DNA from: Candidatus Latescibacterota bacterium
GTDB lineage: Bacteria > Latescibacterota > UBA2968
Assembly (NCBI GenBank): GCA_965198115.1
Contig: OZ240241.1
Location: forward strand, 5,280,001-5,344,000
Length of the DNA: 64,000 nt
Direction: 5' to 3'
In this document: piece after piece, positions 11,709-22,151 of the stretch
Position numbering within the stretch: the first letter of the stretch is position 1
Layout: every line of letters starts with the position of its first letter
The notes under the pieces: generated by a model
The model's input: the letters and a program-made list of their open reading frames with translations, nothing else
The model's database searches: none
Told to the model about the DNA's origin: nothing
Program-made: the position numbers and the translations under genes

Positions 11709-11744
11709 GGATTGGTACCTGACATTCACGCGTCGCATTATGAT

Positions 11745-11839
11745 GTCAGACTGAGCGGGAGCCTGTCCTGAGCGGAGTCGAAGGGTCGAAGTCCCGGCCT
11801 AACGCGACTTGGCCGCCCTTCGACTCCGCTCAGGGTGAC
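11745..11839. repeat. REP doublet (ctgagcggagtcgaag family) with a nested 27-nt mini-element at 11758-11784
   Basis: gtcagactgagcg[ggagcctgtcctgagcggagtcgaagg]gtcgaagtc ... cccttcgactccgctcagggtgac. Confidence 0.8.
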
Positions 11840-11873
11840 CAAGTGCTTTGAACTATGACAAGTGGGAGAACCA

Positions 11874-12956
11874 ATGAATACCTACCGTGTAGGCATCATC
11901 GGCCTCGGCCGAATGGGTAGCACGATTGACGATGAGCAACACGCGTTCAAGCCGTACGCCATTGCGGCGTGCTGTGCCGAGATGGATCAGCTGGAAGTCG
12001 TTGCGGGGTCTGATCTGCAGGAGGATAAGCGAACGGCGTTCACAGAGCGGTGGGGCGTCGAATCAGTCTACGAAGACTATATGGAAATGGTCGAGAAGGA
12101 GGATCTCCATCTCGTCGCCGTCTGCACGACGGCGTCAGGTCTCTTCAAACCCACGCGCGAAGCACCCGACGCCAGTTTCCGAGGCGATTCTCACGCAGAC
12201 CTCACAGTCAGCCTCGCGAACGCCGGCGTGCCGATGCTCTACGTCGAGAAAGCGATGGCCAGTTCCGTCGCTCGCGCCGATGACATCCTCGAAGCCGTTC
12301 AGAAGAACAACACCGTCTTCAACTGTGGTGTCCTTCGCCGCTACAACGAACACTACCATCAGGTCCGCGACATCGTGGCCGAGGGCCAGATCGGCGACGT
12401 CACATCAATCGTCCACTTCGCATCGTCCAGCCTGATGCACGGCCACATTCACTCGATCGACACGCTCTCCTTCCTGGTCGGCGACCCCCGCATCCGATCG
12501 ATCCGCGGTGAGCTGATCCCCCACGATACCGTCATCGAAAACAACCACATCGCGTCCGACCCCCAGGCCACCTATCAGCTGATGTTCGAGAATGGTATCT
12601 ACGGATCGTCTGTACCGGCAGGGAACTGGGAATACGAAATTTTCGGATCGGAAGGAAGTGTTCGGTCCCTGAACAATGGTCAGGGCATTCAGCTGCGGAA
12701 GCCTGGCAAGACGTACGGCAGGAGGGCGGGTTTCGAGGATGTCCCGGTTGAAGCCGTCGAAGCCAGGAGCCACGTCATCACTTGCCTCGAAGACACCGTC
12801 AAGGCCTACGAAGAAGGCCGCCCAACGCTCGGCCCCGTCGATTTAGCCCACCACATCACCGAAGCCACCATCGCCGTCGCCGAAAGCCACCGCGCCGGCG
12901 GCGCCTGGGTCGATCTACCCCTGCAGGAGCGAGACCTCTACATCTTTCACATATAG
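11874..12956 (+). CDS. Gfo/Idh/MocA family oxidoreductase
   Basis: GIIGLGRMG Rossmann motif, VEKA, HxIDT. Confidence 0.9.
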   Translation: MNTYRVGIIGLGRMGSTIDDEQHAFKPYAIAACCAEMDQLEVVAGSDLQEDKRTAFTERWGVESVYEDYMEMVEKEDLHLVAVCTTASGLFKPTREAPDASFRGDSHADLTVSLANAGVPMLYVEKAMASSVARADDILEAVQKNNTVFNCGVLRRYNEHYHQVRDIVAEGQIGDVTSIVHFASSSLMHGHIHSIDTLSFLVGDPRIRSIRGELIPHDTVIENNHIASDPQATYQLMFENGIYGSSVPAGNWEYEIFGSEGSVRSLNNGQGIQLRKPGKTYGRRAGFEDVPVEAVEARSHVITCLEDTVKAYEEGRPTLGPVDLAHHITEATIAVAESHRAGGAWVDLPLQERDLYIFHI

Positions 12957-13093
12957 AGGCATGCAACGCTTAGGTCGCAGGGGGAGTGAGAGGGCGAAGT
13001 GGAACGACTCTCCGCATACTAAAAGCGCCCTCGGCAAGGCCAGAGGGCGCGACGGTAACTGCATGATTTGGTGGGTCCAGCATTGCCATTCAT

Positions 13094-13241
13094 CCCGGCC
13101 GGAGGCCGGTCCTACCCGATATCTCGCTTCTGTCCTTTGTCTTCCGTCCTCTGTCTTCTGCACTCAGCCTCCTTGTATTTTTCTTCGCGTCTTCGCGTCT
13201 TCGTGTTCCCAGGTTTTCTTGGTGTCTTGGAGCCTTGGTGG
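13094..13241. repeat. Cluster of a GTAG-type hairpin and 7-/8-mer tandem arrays between convergent genes
   Basis: ccggccggaggccggtcctac; (tctgtcc)-like x4; cttcgcgt x3; cttggtgt-like x3. Confidence 0.75.
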
Positions 13242-13242
13242 T

Positions 13243-15242
13243 TCAAAGCAGTTCCCGCTTGAACGTCCTAACCCATCGCTTCTGATAATGCCGCAGCCCA
13301 TTGAACGTCACATCCAGGTCGATCGTAACGTGGAATGCGTTCACCGTACTCCTCAGCGTGCAGCAGGAATCGATGTGCGCCTCGAAGTCACGACGGACGA
13401 TATGGCGGAAGTGCTTCCCCACAGCAACAACATCGGCCGGATCGCGATTGCTCGCCCACAGCTCAAGATTCCGTTCGTAGGTCATCTCCAAGTCCGTCCC
13501 GATTTTCGACGGTCGCTTCTGTAGGGTCTTGAGTCCCGTTCGGTCTCCCAGGACATCGGTCATCAGCTGCCAAACGGGTTGTCCCGGACCCTCCTCGTAA
13601 ACAACACCCTCCTCCCCTTCCCCGAATGCCCGCTCGTCTTCTGGCAATCCACCCTCGATCGCCGGCCGCGTCGGAACCCGAGGCAGCGTCAACCGAGATG
13701 GACATTCTTCACCGCGGTGAATCTGATTCGAACCCGCATAGGGCGTCGGCCACAGATTCGGGAAATCCGCGCTGCAGACCGAGAGCCGGATCCGATGACC
13801 TGGCTGGAATCGCCACGCCGTCGCGTCCAGCTCGATGTCCAACTCATAAGTCTCACCCGCCTCGAGCGGTTCCGGATCCTCGAGCGAATTCCGTCGTGTC
13901 GCATTCAGCACGCCGCTGCAGACCAAGGCGCTCGTTCCGTCGGGCGCCACATCGCATAAACGCCCGACGAAACACATCACCGGCGCAGTAGACGAGGCAA
14001 AGAGCTTCATCTTCGGCCGTCCGAAAATCTCGATCGGCTCCGTCAACGCATCGGTCGTGTAGTTGAGGGAATGGATCTCATCGACGCGCTGGTCCGATGG
14101 CAGACCGAACGGCACCCCCCCCACTCCACAACCCGCCCGCAATGCCGACGGTCGGTCGATAGTCGTATCCATCGCTTGCCGTCTCACCAACCAGCAGGTA
14201 GCTCACGAGCTCACTCCCCTCGGGCGCGAGCTCGTGCTCGACTCGCCAGTAACCGGACGTATCGATGCGATCCGCGTGCGGCTCATCGTAGCTCTGGACG
14301 TAGACATCGATTGGGGCTTCGTCCATTACGCCATTGTCCTCGTCCTTGAGCCAGTAGTTGCACCACCTCACGACTTCTGCGATGTAGTCAATACGCGGAC
14401 CTGGCACCGCGACGTTCGGCCGCGAGTGGTTCCACGGTCCGATCAACATCCGCTTTGGTACAGTCAAATGTTCGAAGCAGCGCAGAGGCGGGTTGGGGTA
14501 ACCGTCCCGCCACCCCCCGATCATGAAAACCGAGCACTCGATATCCTCGTATCGGCCTCGGATGCTCCCAGGTCGCCAGTAAGGACCATCCGTTTGATGG
14601 CCCAGCCACTCCAGGATGTAGGGCGTGTTGTTCTCGAGGTGCTGCTCCCACACGTCCGCCCATCGCTCCCCGCTGTACTCGGGATACGGCGGCATCGCCA
14701 TTCATCCCCACCATCGAGATCCCGTAGGCGCCGATGTCGTAGTAGCAGCGCCAGGCTCCGCCGCGGTAGTGGCAGTCGTCTGTGTAGCGATCGTCCGTGA
14801 AGTAGATAGGGATGATGGTCGTCAGGTTCGGCGGTTTATGTGCGGCAACCTGAACGCTCGTGAAACCCCCGTAGGACGAACCGATCATGCCGATTTTGCC
14901 CGACCACGACTGTGTTGCGATCCACTCAATCGCTTCGACCGCGTCCAACGGCTCCTGCTCCGAATACTCGTCAGTGTTGACCCCCTCGCTGCTCCCAGTC
15001 CCACGACAGTCCAAACGCGCCCCAACGAAACCGTGCTTCGCCAAGTCGTTCTGGTAGGGCGTGTAAGGCGCCGAATCGTCCTTGCGATACGGGATGTATT
15101 CCAGCAGCAGCGGCTGGGGCGTGTTCGCCCAGTCGTCGCATTCAGGAACGTGCAGATCCATCGCGAGATGCGTCCCGTCGCTCATCGGAATCATCACATT
15201 CTTCACGAAAATGACACCGTCTTCAGCTGGATATGTCGTCAT
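13243..15242 (-). CDS. CocE/NonD family hydrolase; frameshifts near 14700 and 14118
   Basis: IPMSDG, PYRK, DCRGTGSSEG, GSSYGG nucleophile, GGWRD, IGPWNH, PepX_C-like C-terminus. Three ORF pieces join; one break is at an 8-C run. Confidence 0.88.
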
Positions 15243-15282
15243 TGTCTCGGCCCCTTCGGGATTCCCCACAGCGGGAAACCTT

Positions 15283-15385
15283 GTCACCCCGGTACGGTTC
15301 TGAGCCGGGGCCCATTCTGATCTTGCGCCCGACAGTTGGTCTCGACGTGCGTGAAATGGATCCCGGCTCAAAACACCGGGATGAC
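15283..15385. repeat. Palindromic doublet element (gtcaccccgg ... ccgggatgac)
   Basis: Two hairpins in inverted arrangement; homologous to 25541-25654. Confidence 0.75.
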
Positions 15386-15514
15386 ATTATCCATTGCGAT
15401 TGTCGTGAAATGAACGTCCGTCAGCCCGCGGAGAAAACTCCTCTTTCGTCCGGTCTCTTCAATATTTGACAAACCCGGCCGACAACAGAATCGTACCCAT
15501 CACCCCTCAACGAA

Positions 15515-16327
15515 TTGCCCTACCAAACGGAGCCGACCGTGACCGACGACGAGAGATACCTGTTCGATCTGACGGGCTACCTGGTCCTCAAGGACGTCCT
15601 GACAACTGAAGAAGTAGCCAAACGGAATGAAGGAATCGATCGCCACGCCGACGAGATACAGCCCATCAATCGCTCCTTGGCTCGCGACTCCAAAGCCCTC
15701 GCTGGGACATCCCGTCGGCTGGACCTGGGCGGTATGCTGGCCTGGAAGCAACCGTGGTGCGAGCCCTTTCGCGAGCTCCTCGTTCATCCTCGCGTCAAAC
15801 CCTATCTCGACGAGATCCTCGGCGAGAACTATCGCCTGGACCACGGCCCGGGACTCATCGCGATGGATAAAGGCTGCGAAGGCGGACAACTTCACGGGGG
15901 CGGCGTGGAGCGAACGAACTTCTCGGAGGCCTATTTCTTCAAAGCGGGTAGAATCTATACGGGCCTCACCGTCGTCGAGTATCTCCTCGCCGACGAAGGA
16001 CCTGGCGACGGGGGAGTCGCCGTCGTCCCCGGCAGCCACAAGGCCAACCTCTATTGCCCGGAGTCGATGAAAAACTGGGAGAAGTATCAGGAGCACGTCG
16101 TCGAGGTGAACGGCAAAGCTGGCGACGCCATCATCTTCACCGAAACACTCACCCACGGCACCCTGCCCTGGACCGCCGATCACCAGCGCCGCGCCGTTCT
16201 CTACAAATTCAGTCCCGGCTTCCAGTCATATGGCTCAGGCGCGCACGATGTCTCGTATCCGGATTACATTGAGGAAATGACAGAAGACCAGCGAGAGGTG
16301 ATGGAGGCGCCACACATAAGACGTTGA
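15515..16327 (+). CDS. PhyH-like Fe(II)/2OG enzyme with H-G-G in place of H-x-D
   Basis: GYLVLKDVL, LHGG, DGG..VPGSHK, KAGDAIIF, LTHGT, RR. Confidence 0.88.
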   Translation: MPYQTEPTVTDDERYLFDLTGYLVLKDVLTTEEVAKRNEGIDRHADEIQPINRSLARDSKALAGTSRRLDLGGMLAWKQPWCEPFRELLVHPRVKPYLDEILGENYRLDHGPGLIAMDKGCEGGQLHGGGVERTNFSEAYFFKAGRIYTGLTVVEYLLADEGPGDGGVAVVPGSHKANLYCPESMKNWEKYQEHVVEVNGKAGDAIIFTETLTHGTLPWTADHQRRAVLYKFSPGFQSYGSGAHDVSYPDYIEEMTEDQREVMEAPHIRR

Positions 16328-16459
16328 GCGAGAGAGCGGGAGACTGCCAGCGTCGGAGCGAGCAGGCGTGGCAATAGTTTCATAGCTTTTGGGAGACGCC
16401 TCGTTTTCCATCCAGGGGAGTGTAGCCACGGAGGATCTGTCATTCGAGGTTGGGTTTTC

Positions 16460-16551
16460 TTCCGTGTATTCCGTGTGGTCCGTGGTCCAGGCCTTTCCTT
16501 TCGTGTTTTTCGTGTATGGAGCCTGCCTCGAACGAACGTGAGAGGTGGTTC
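16460..16551 (+). repeat. Nonamer arrays with a nested 27-nt mini-element (16518-16544)
   Basis: ttccgtgta ttccgtgtg gtccgtggt; tttcgtgtt tttcgtgta t[ggagcctgcctcgaacgaacgtgagag]gtggtt. Confidence 0.75.
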
Positions 16552-16575
16552 CGCTTTTCGTAGTTCGAGGTTCCC

Positions 16576-17355
16576 ATGCTCACACCTGAACAACAGGCCC
16601 ATTACGACACCTTCGGCTTTCTCCTGCTTCCGTCCGTGTTCCCGCCGGACGAAATGGCCGACATCATCGCTGGGGCCGACGCCATCTGGTCGAGCGACGA
16701 AACGCTGCTGATGAATGAAGAGGTACGGGTAACCTACTTCTTCGAACGATCGCCGCGTTTGACATCCCTCGTCACCGACGAGCGCATCTACCCCGTCATC
16801 GAAGCGATCGTCGGTGAAGACCCCATCTGGGTCGGGTCGGAGGGAAACATCAGCCATCGACGGCGCGTCAATTGGCATTCGGATCGCAAATACTACCGCG
16901 AAGGCGAGGGTCACTGGATCAACTTCTCGCAGGTCAAGGTGATGATCTATCTCCAGCCGCTGACGTCTGACACGGGCAGTCTTCGCGTCATCCCGGGGTC
17001 TCACCGAATGCCCTACCACAAGGCGCTTGGTGATCAGGAAATCGACGCCGCGTCGATGCCCTTCGGCGTCGACGGTCCGGACATGCCGCACGCGGCTCTG
17101 GAAGTAGAGCCCGGGGATATCATCCTATTCAATCACTGCTGCTGGCACGCGGCCTATGGCGGCGGAGACAACCGTCGCTACATCGCCATGAAATTCGCGG
17201 CCAGACCCTTCGAGCAGGATCAGCTCGCATCTCTCAAGCGCTACACACCCAAGATCTTTCAACCACACGACGCCTTCCTCACGCACGAAGACACAAGAAT
17301 ACGTGCGCTCGTGGACAGGATGCCCGGCTACGCATCGGGACACATCCTGAGTTGA
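16576..17355 (+). CDS. PhyH-like dioxygenase
   Basis: WHSD, LRVIPGSH, PGDIILF, WHA, RR. Confidence 0.9.
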   Translation: MLTPEQQAHYDTFGFLLLPSVFPPDEMADIIAGADAIWSSDETLLMNEEVRVTYFFERSPRLTSLVTDERIYPVIEAIVGEDPIWVGSEGNISHRRRVNWHSDRKYYREGEGHWINFSQVKVMIYLQPLTSDTGSLRVIPGSHRMPYHKALGDQEIDAASMPFGVDGPDMPHAALEVEPGDIILFNHCCWHAAYGGGDNRRYIAMKFAARPFEQDQLASLKRYTPKIFQPHDAFLTHEDTRIRALVDRMPGYASGHILS

Positions 17356-18153
17356 CGAAAGACACCGCCATCCAACTGACCGATCAGCAGTGTTGCGAAT
17401 TTGACCGGGAAGGGTGGGTGTTCCTGCCCGATCTCTTTCGGGCTGAGGAAATCACCGCTCTCAAGAACGAACTACCGGGAATCTTCGAACAGCAGCGCGA
17501 GGAAGTCTGGCGGGAATCGAACGATGAAGCAGTGCGAACCGTTTTCGCTGCGCACACCTACAACGATGTCTTCGCTCGTCTGGGGCGTCACCCCAGACTG
17601 ATCGGGCCGGTCACACAGCTCCTCGAGGGCCCGGTCTACATGCATCAATACAAAATCAACGCCAAAGCTGCCTTCGACGGGGGACGTCTGGCAATGGCAC
17701 CAGGACTACGGCACCTGGGCACGCGACGACGAAATGCCCGAGCCGCGTGCGATGAACATCGCGTTGTTCCTGGATGAAGTCACCGAATTCAACGGCCCTC
17801 TGTACTTTATTCCCCGCACCCACTCAGAGGGCGTCGTTGACGCCGGCCACGACAAACAGACCACATCCTACCCCCTTTGGTCACTCGACAAGGAAACCGT
17901 CGCCCGATTGGCCGACGAACACGGCATCGTCGCTCCCAAGGGAAAAGCCGGCTCGATCCTCCTCTTCCACTCGAACCTCGTCCACGCGTCAGCCCCCAAC
18001 ATCAGCCCCTGGGACCGCGTCATCGTCTACCTCAGCCTCTGCCACGTCGACAACCACATCCGCCGCTTCAAACGCCCCGAATGGATCGCCCACCGCGACT
18101 TCACCCCCATCGAACCACTGAGCGATGACTGTCTGCTACAGCTATCGCAATAG
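17352..18153 (+). CDS. PhyH-like dioxygenase related to ectoine/proline hydroxylases; frameshift at a G-run near 17681
   Basis: HQYKINAKAAFDG/DVWQWHQDYGTW..MPEPRAMN, NGPL, LVHAS. Confidence 0.85.
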
Positions 18154-18165
18154 AAGCACAGCAGC

Positions 18166-18291
18166 CACTGAGGACACGGAGAATACGGAGGGTACAGCCC
18201 GCTTCAGCGGGCTTTGCTGCCTTAGCGTGGGGCTTTAGCCCCACGCACATTCGGTCCGGTTTTCTCCGTGTATCGGTGTGATCTGTGGTTT
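18166..18291. repeat. Inverted nonamer arrays enclosing two REP-like hairpins
   Basis: cactgagga cacggagaa tacggag ... gcccgcttcagcgggc, gcgtggggctttagccccacgc ... ctccgtgta tcggtgtga tctgtggtt. Confidence 0.7.
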
Positions 18292-19031
18292 TAAACAGGA
18301 AACACACGCGGATAGGTCTTACCCGTTTCGAGGTGGTACGTCGCCGCATCCACGTAGCCGATGCTGAACGCCCTGCGCGGTCGGTCCGTGGTGTTCACGA
18401 GCGATGAGTGCAGGATCCGTGTCTTGAACATCACCACTTCACCCTTTTCCAACTCCAGGAATACTCGCTTCTCCAGCGGCGCAAACTTCGCGATATCCTC
18501 TTCTTCCGCGACGGTATGGATCGGGCAGTCATCCGACCGAGGAATGATCTGAATGCAACCATTCGCCTTCGTCGCAGCATCCAGGGCCGTGTAGATCGTC
18601 ATCACAGGATAGGGATCGACGTTCCAGGACCGACCATCCTGATGCCAGACGAGCGGGACCCCTCCGTTTGCAGGCTTGTTGAAAAACATCGAACGGAAGA
18701 CGGAGATCTCCTCTCCAATCAGCTCGCGCGTGATATATCGGAAAAGGGGATGCTGGATGTAGGCGCGAAAGATCGGGTCCTGCTCCAGGTCCTGGACCTT
18801 CCGGTAGTCCAGCGTCTCGTCGGCCTCTTCCTCCGCCGAAGGACACTTCTGCATCATCATCCCTTCGTAGCGGATCTTCCCGAGCATGATATCGTCGATC
18901 CTCTCACACAGCCGATCGATCTCCTCCTCGGGATAGACCACACCCAGCCGGATATACCCTTCCTCGTTGTATTCCGCCCACTCCTGATCGGTGAGCGTCG
19001 TTGTTTCGCGGATGGTGGCCGTCGATGTCAT
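18291..19031 (-). CDS. PhyH-like dioxygenase
   Basis: EEGYI, WHQD, NGCIQIIP, LHSS, RRA. Confidence 0.9.
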   Translation of the reverse strand: MTSTATIRETTTLTDQEWAEYNEEGYIRLGVVYPEEEIDRLCERIDDIMLGKIRYEGMMMQKCPSAEEEADETLDYRKVQDLEQDPIFRAYIQHPLFRYITRELIGEEISVFRSMFFNKPANGGVPLVWHQDGRSWNVDPYPVMTIYTALDAATKANGCIQIIPRSDDCPIHTVAEEEDIAKFAPLEKRVFLELEKGEVVMFKTRILHSSLVNTTDRPRRAFSIGYVDAATYHLETGKTYPRVFPV

Positions 19032-19323
19032 TTCGTACTCGATTCTGGTGAAGTCAAAACGGGCCCCGGCTCAGAAGCTTACCGGGGTGACAATGCACCT
19101 TTGCATGAGGGTGCCCCTTGGCATCGAAGATAGTGCTGTTTTGACATCCTCTCAATCGCCAACGCGGCACTTCGATTTCCTATTCCAACCCCTGCGATGT
19201 TCGCGGTATCATGCGCCTCAATGATTAGTACCCCCTGGTGGCCTCAGAACTATTCCCCGACTAGGGCTTCAATTCTGGGTTTGCCTCCCCATTCGTGTTC
19301 ATTTTGTAATTCCAAAGGTTTCA

Positions 19324-20796
19324 ATGGATCCCACACTCCTCACTCCCGAAGAAAACTACGGCTTCGACGTCGGTGGCTTCATCGTCGTCCCGCAGGTCCT
19401 GAAGGCCAGCGACATCGAAGCAGCCAACCAGGCGATCGATGCGAACGGGCTGAGCGATCCCGACCATCTCCCGACCGCCCTCGTGCAGCTGACCGCGCAT
19501 TCCAAGCTCGCGCGCTATCTGGATCAGCTCACCTTCGACGGTTACCACCTCGATGGCCAACCCTACCTGATTGATCCGGAGCGGTCGGATGGGCGCCTTA
19601 TCGGTGGGAACGAGCCCCGGATCGCCAATCGAGCCCACTACCAGCAGAACAACGAGCAATTCGCGCAGGGCATCATCGCGACCTGGGCGTTGACGGATGT
19701 CAACGAGGGTGACGGAGGTCTCCTCATTGTCCCCGCCAGCCATAAGAGCGGGGTTGAATCACCCGTGACCCTGGCCGACGGATCGGACGAGCTCGGTCTT
19801 GTTCGCCAGATACCCCTCAAAGCCGGCGATCTCCTTCTTCGCGTGGAAACGCTCCTGCACGGAACACGGCCCTGGACGGCGAGCGAGCCTCGCCGCCTCC
19901 TGTCTCTGACGTTCGCCGCGAATCAGTCACAACGATCGGGCAAATCCCGAGTTCAGGTCCCCGACTGGGCAGATGAGTTGACGCCCGAACAACGAGCCGT
20001 CGTCGCCCCCGACGACGCACCGATCCTACAATCCGACGGCCAGAACCTGACGTTGCTCGAAGAGACCGGCGTTCACCACCCGTCGATTCTCATTCGGAAT
20101 CCAGACAGCTGCATCGACGAAACCGAGTTCTATCACTGGGACCTTTGCGGCCACCTCGTCATTCGAAATGTGATGGACGAAGAGTGGCTCGCGGCTGCGA
20201 ATGAAGCCATCGACGCCTGCGCAGATAGAATCGAAGTGGGCGGTGACGCGGCGAAAGGCTCGAAAGTCCTCGCGGGCACGGGCATCCCCACGCTTCAGAA
20301 CCTGTTCGAACTACCTGAGCCCTACTGCCAGCCTTTCCGCCGGATGCTTGCCAATCCGGCTGTCATTCATCGCCTCAACTGGATGATGGGCAGCGGGTTC
20401 GTCTTCCGGAGCGCCCGGGCTACCTGCTCAGTGAAAGGCACCTCTGGACACGGCCTCCATAGCGGCGCGGGCCACTTCCGTCCCGGGGGCACATACGTCC
20501 TACAAAACGGGCGCTGTTACTGCGAAACAATCAACCTCGCCTGGCAGCTCCGTGACGTCACGATCGCAGACGGTGGCTTCGTCTGCATCCCGGGCAGCCA
20601 CAAGGCCCGGTATCCGATTACAGAGCCGATGATCCTTTGCGAGGAAGAGCTCAACCTAGTTCAGCACGTCGAGATGAAAGCCGGCGACGTCTGTCTCTTC
20701 CTTGCCGCCGCCCAGACGCACGGTGCCTATCCCTGGAAGAGTGACATCGACCGCCGCGTCGTCCTGATGAACTACTCATCTCGCAACCTAGCGTGA
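19324..20796 (+). CDS. Tandem two-domain PhyH-like protein
   Basis: Two repeats of DGG..PxSHK / KAGD / HG / RR. The N-domain has LIGG and the C-domain LHSG at the first iron-ligand site. Confidence 0.88.
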   Translation: MDPTLLTPEENYGFDVGGFIVVPQVLKASDIEAANQAIDANGLSDPDHLPTALVQLTAHSKLARYLDQLTFDGYHLDGQPYLIDPERSDGRLIGGNEPRIANRAHYQQNNEQFAQGIIATWALTDVNEGDGGLLIVPASHKSGVESPVTLADGSDELGLVRQIPLKAGDLLLRVETLLHGTRPWTASEPRRLLSLTFAANQSQRSGKSRVQVPDWADELTPEQRAVVAPDDAPILQSDGQNLTLLEETGVHHPSILIRNPDSCIDETEFYHWDLCGHLVIRNVMDEEWLAAANEAIDACADRIEVGGDAAKGSKVLAGTGIPTLQNLFELPEPYCQPFRRMLANPAVIHRLNWMMGSGFVFRSARATCSVKGTSGHGLHSGAGHFRPGGTYVLQNGRCYCETINLAWQLRDVTIADGGFVCIPGSHKARYPITEPMILCEEELNLVQHVEMKAGDVCLFLAAAQTHGAYPWKSDIDRRVVLMNYSSRNLA

Positions 20797-20902
20797 CGCT
20801 CGCGATTCAGAGTTAGACTACTGACCGGGGGGCTGACCATCCTCCCTGGTTTTCTTCGTGTCTTCGCGCCTTCGTGTTAGGCGCCTTTCCGCAGGATCGA
20901 CC

Positions 20903-21898
20903 ATGCCCGTAGACTATCGCGAAGAGGATCGCATCCTCTTCGAAGAAGAACTCGACGATTTCATTCCACAACGTGTGTTCGACGCCCACTGTCATCTCTT
21001 CTGGAACGACTGTATGGAACCGGGCGTGGAGTACATCCCTCGCAGCGAAGCCAGAATCGCGGATCTACTCGAGTGGGGCGAGGCCATGTTCCCTGGGCGC
21101 CGGATGAACTTCCTGATCCTCGGCCTGCCGCGGGTCGGCACCGACGTCCGCAAACACAACGCCGCCCTCGGAAAGGAGATGCGTCTCGATCCGGGCTCAC
21201 GTTCGAACCTGCTCGTGACGCCCCCGTGCGACGTCAAGGACATCGAAGCCGACATCGATGAATACGGCTTCCTTGGACTGAAGCCTTACCGAATTTTCTC
21301 ATCCACGGGTGACATCAACAACTGCCGGATCCACGAGTTTCTCCCCCACGAACAGATGGAGCTTGCGAACGATCGAGGTCTCTGGGTCACCATGCACCTT
21401 TCACGCGCCCAGGGCTGCGGCGACGCGGAGAATCTGGCCGACCTCACCGAATACACGACCAAACGCTACCCGAACATCAGATGGATCCTCGCACACTGCG
21501 CACGCAGCTTCACCTACTACCCCATTCAGGTAGCCATCGACACGCTTCGTGACCTTCCGAACATCTGGTACGACCTGTCCGCCGTGACCACGCTGCCGCC
21601 GTTCATCACGCTCTTCCAGAAGGAAAACCTCAAGCGCCTGTTCTACGGCTCCGACGGCATCGATTCGGCCTTCTTCCACGGCAAGTACGTCACCTTCGGC
21701 CGCTATTGGTATCAGGTCTATCCCGACGAGGCAGGATTCAGCTTCGTCCATACCGATGCCCGTCCGGTTCTCTGCATTTACGAACAACTGCTGGCAATGA
21801 AGCAGGCAGCAGATGTCGCAGGCCTATCGAAGGACAACATCGAAGGCATCTTCTGGCGCAACGCACACGAAGCGTTGGGGATTCCGTATGAAACCTGA
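20903..21898 (+). CDS. Amidohydrolase family protein
   Basis: DAHCH, GLKPY, MH, LAHCAR, YGSD. Confidence 0.88.
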   Translation: MPVDYREEDRILFEEELDDFIPQRVFDAHCHLFWNDCMEPGVEYIPRSEARIADLLEWGEAMFPGRRMNFLILGLPRVGTDVRKHNAALGKEMRLDPGSRSNLLVTPPCDVKDIEADIDEYGFLGLKPYRIFSSTGDINNCRIHEFLPHEQMELANDRGLWVTMHLSRAQGCGDAENLADLTEYTTKRYPNIRWILAHCARSFTYYPIQVAIDTLRDLPNIWYDLSAVTTLPPFITLFQKENLKRLFYGSDGIDSAFFHGKYVTFGRYWYQVYPDEAGFSFVHTDARPVLCIYEQLLAMKQAADVAGLSKDNIEGIFWRNAHEALGIPYET

Positions 21899-21993
21899 AA
21901 AGTATTCTCTCGTAGGGAGTAGCCAATGACTACAGCGGGTCGGGGTCACAACTGAAAACCTTCAACGCAGAGGGCACAGAGCTCGAGGGTTCC

Positions 21994-22040
21994 AGCCCTG
22001 AAAGGGCGGCATATCTTAGCCCGGGGCGTCAGCCCCGGGA
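21994..22040. repeat. REP-like pair (gccctgaaagggc / agcccggggcgtcagccccggg); relative at 41107-41172
   Basis: Two short hairpins in the same order in both copies. Confidence 0.7.
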
Positions 22041-22151
22041 TAGGAAAGGAGAGGAAGAAACGCGCCGCTGTAGCCCGATTCGTGCCGGAGTAAATCCCCC
22101 TTTCGGCGCACAATCGCCACATCCCTTGTAGAGCAATTGCGTTGCTCCATC

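Noticed and set aside
12957-13093. Riboswitch or ncRNA in the spacer with hairpin gcgccctc..gagggcgc; ORF 12961..13524
   Set aside because: It lies between convergent 3' ends with no recognisable aptamer consensus; the ORF is translated repeat sequence.
14115-14122. Phase-variable poly-C tract
   Set aside because: It is only 8 nt and indistinguishable from the many other probable homopolymer errors.
15467-15500. Sigma70 promoters at ttgaca (15467, 19141)
   Set aside because: No convincing -10 hexamer at the correct spacing.
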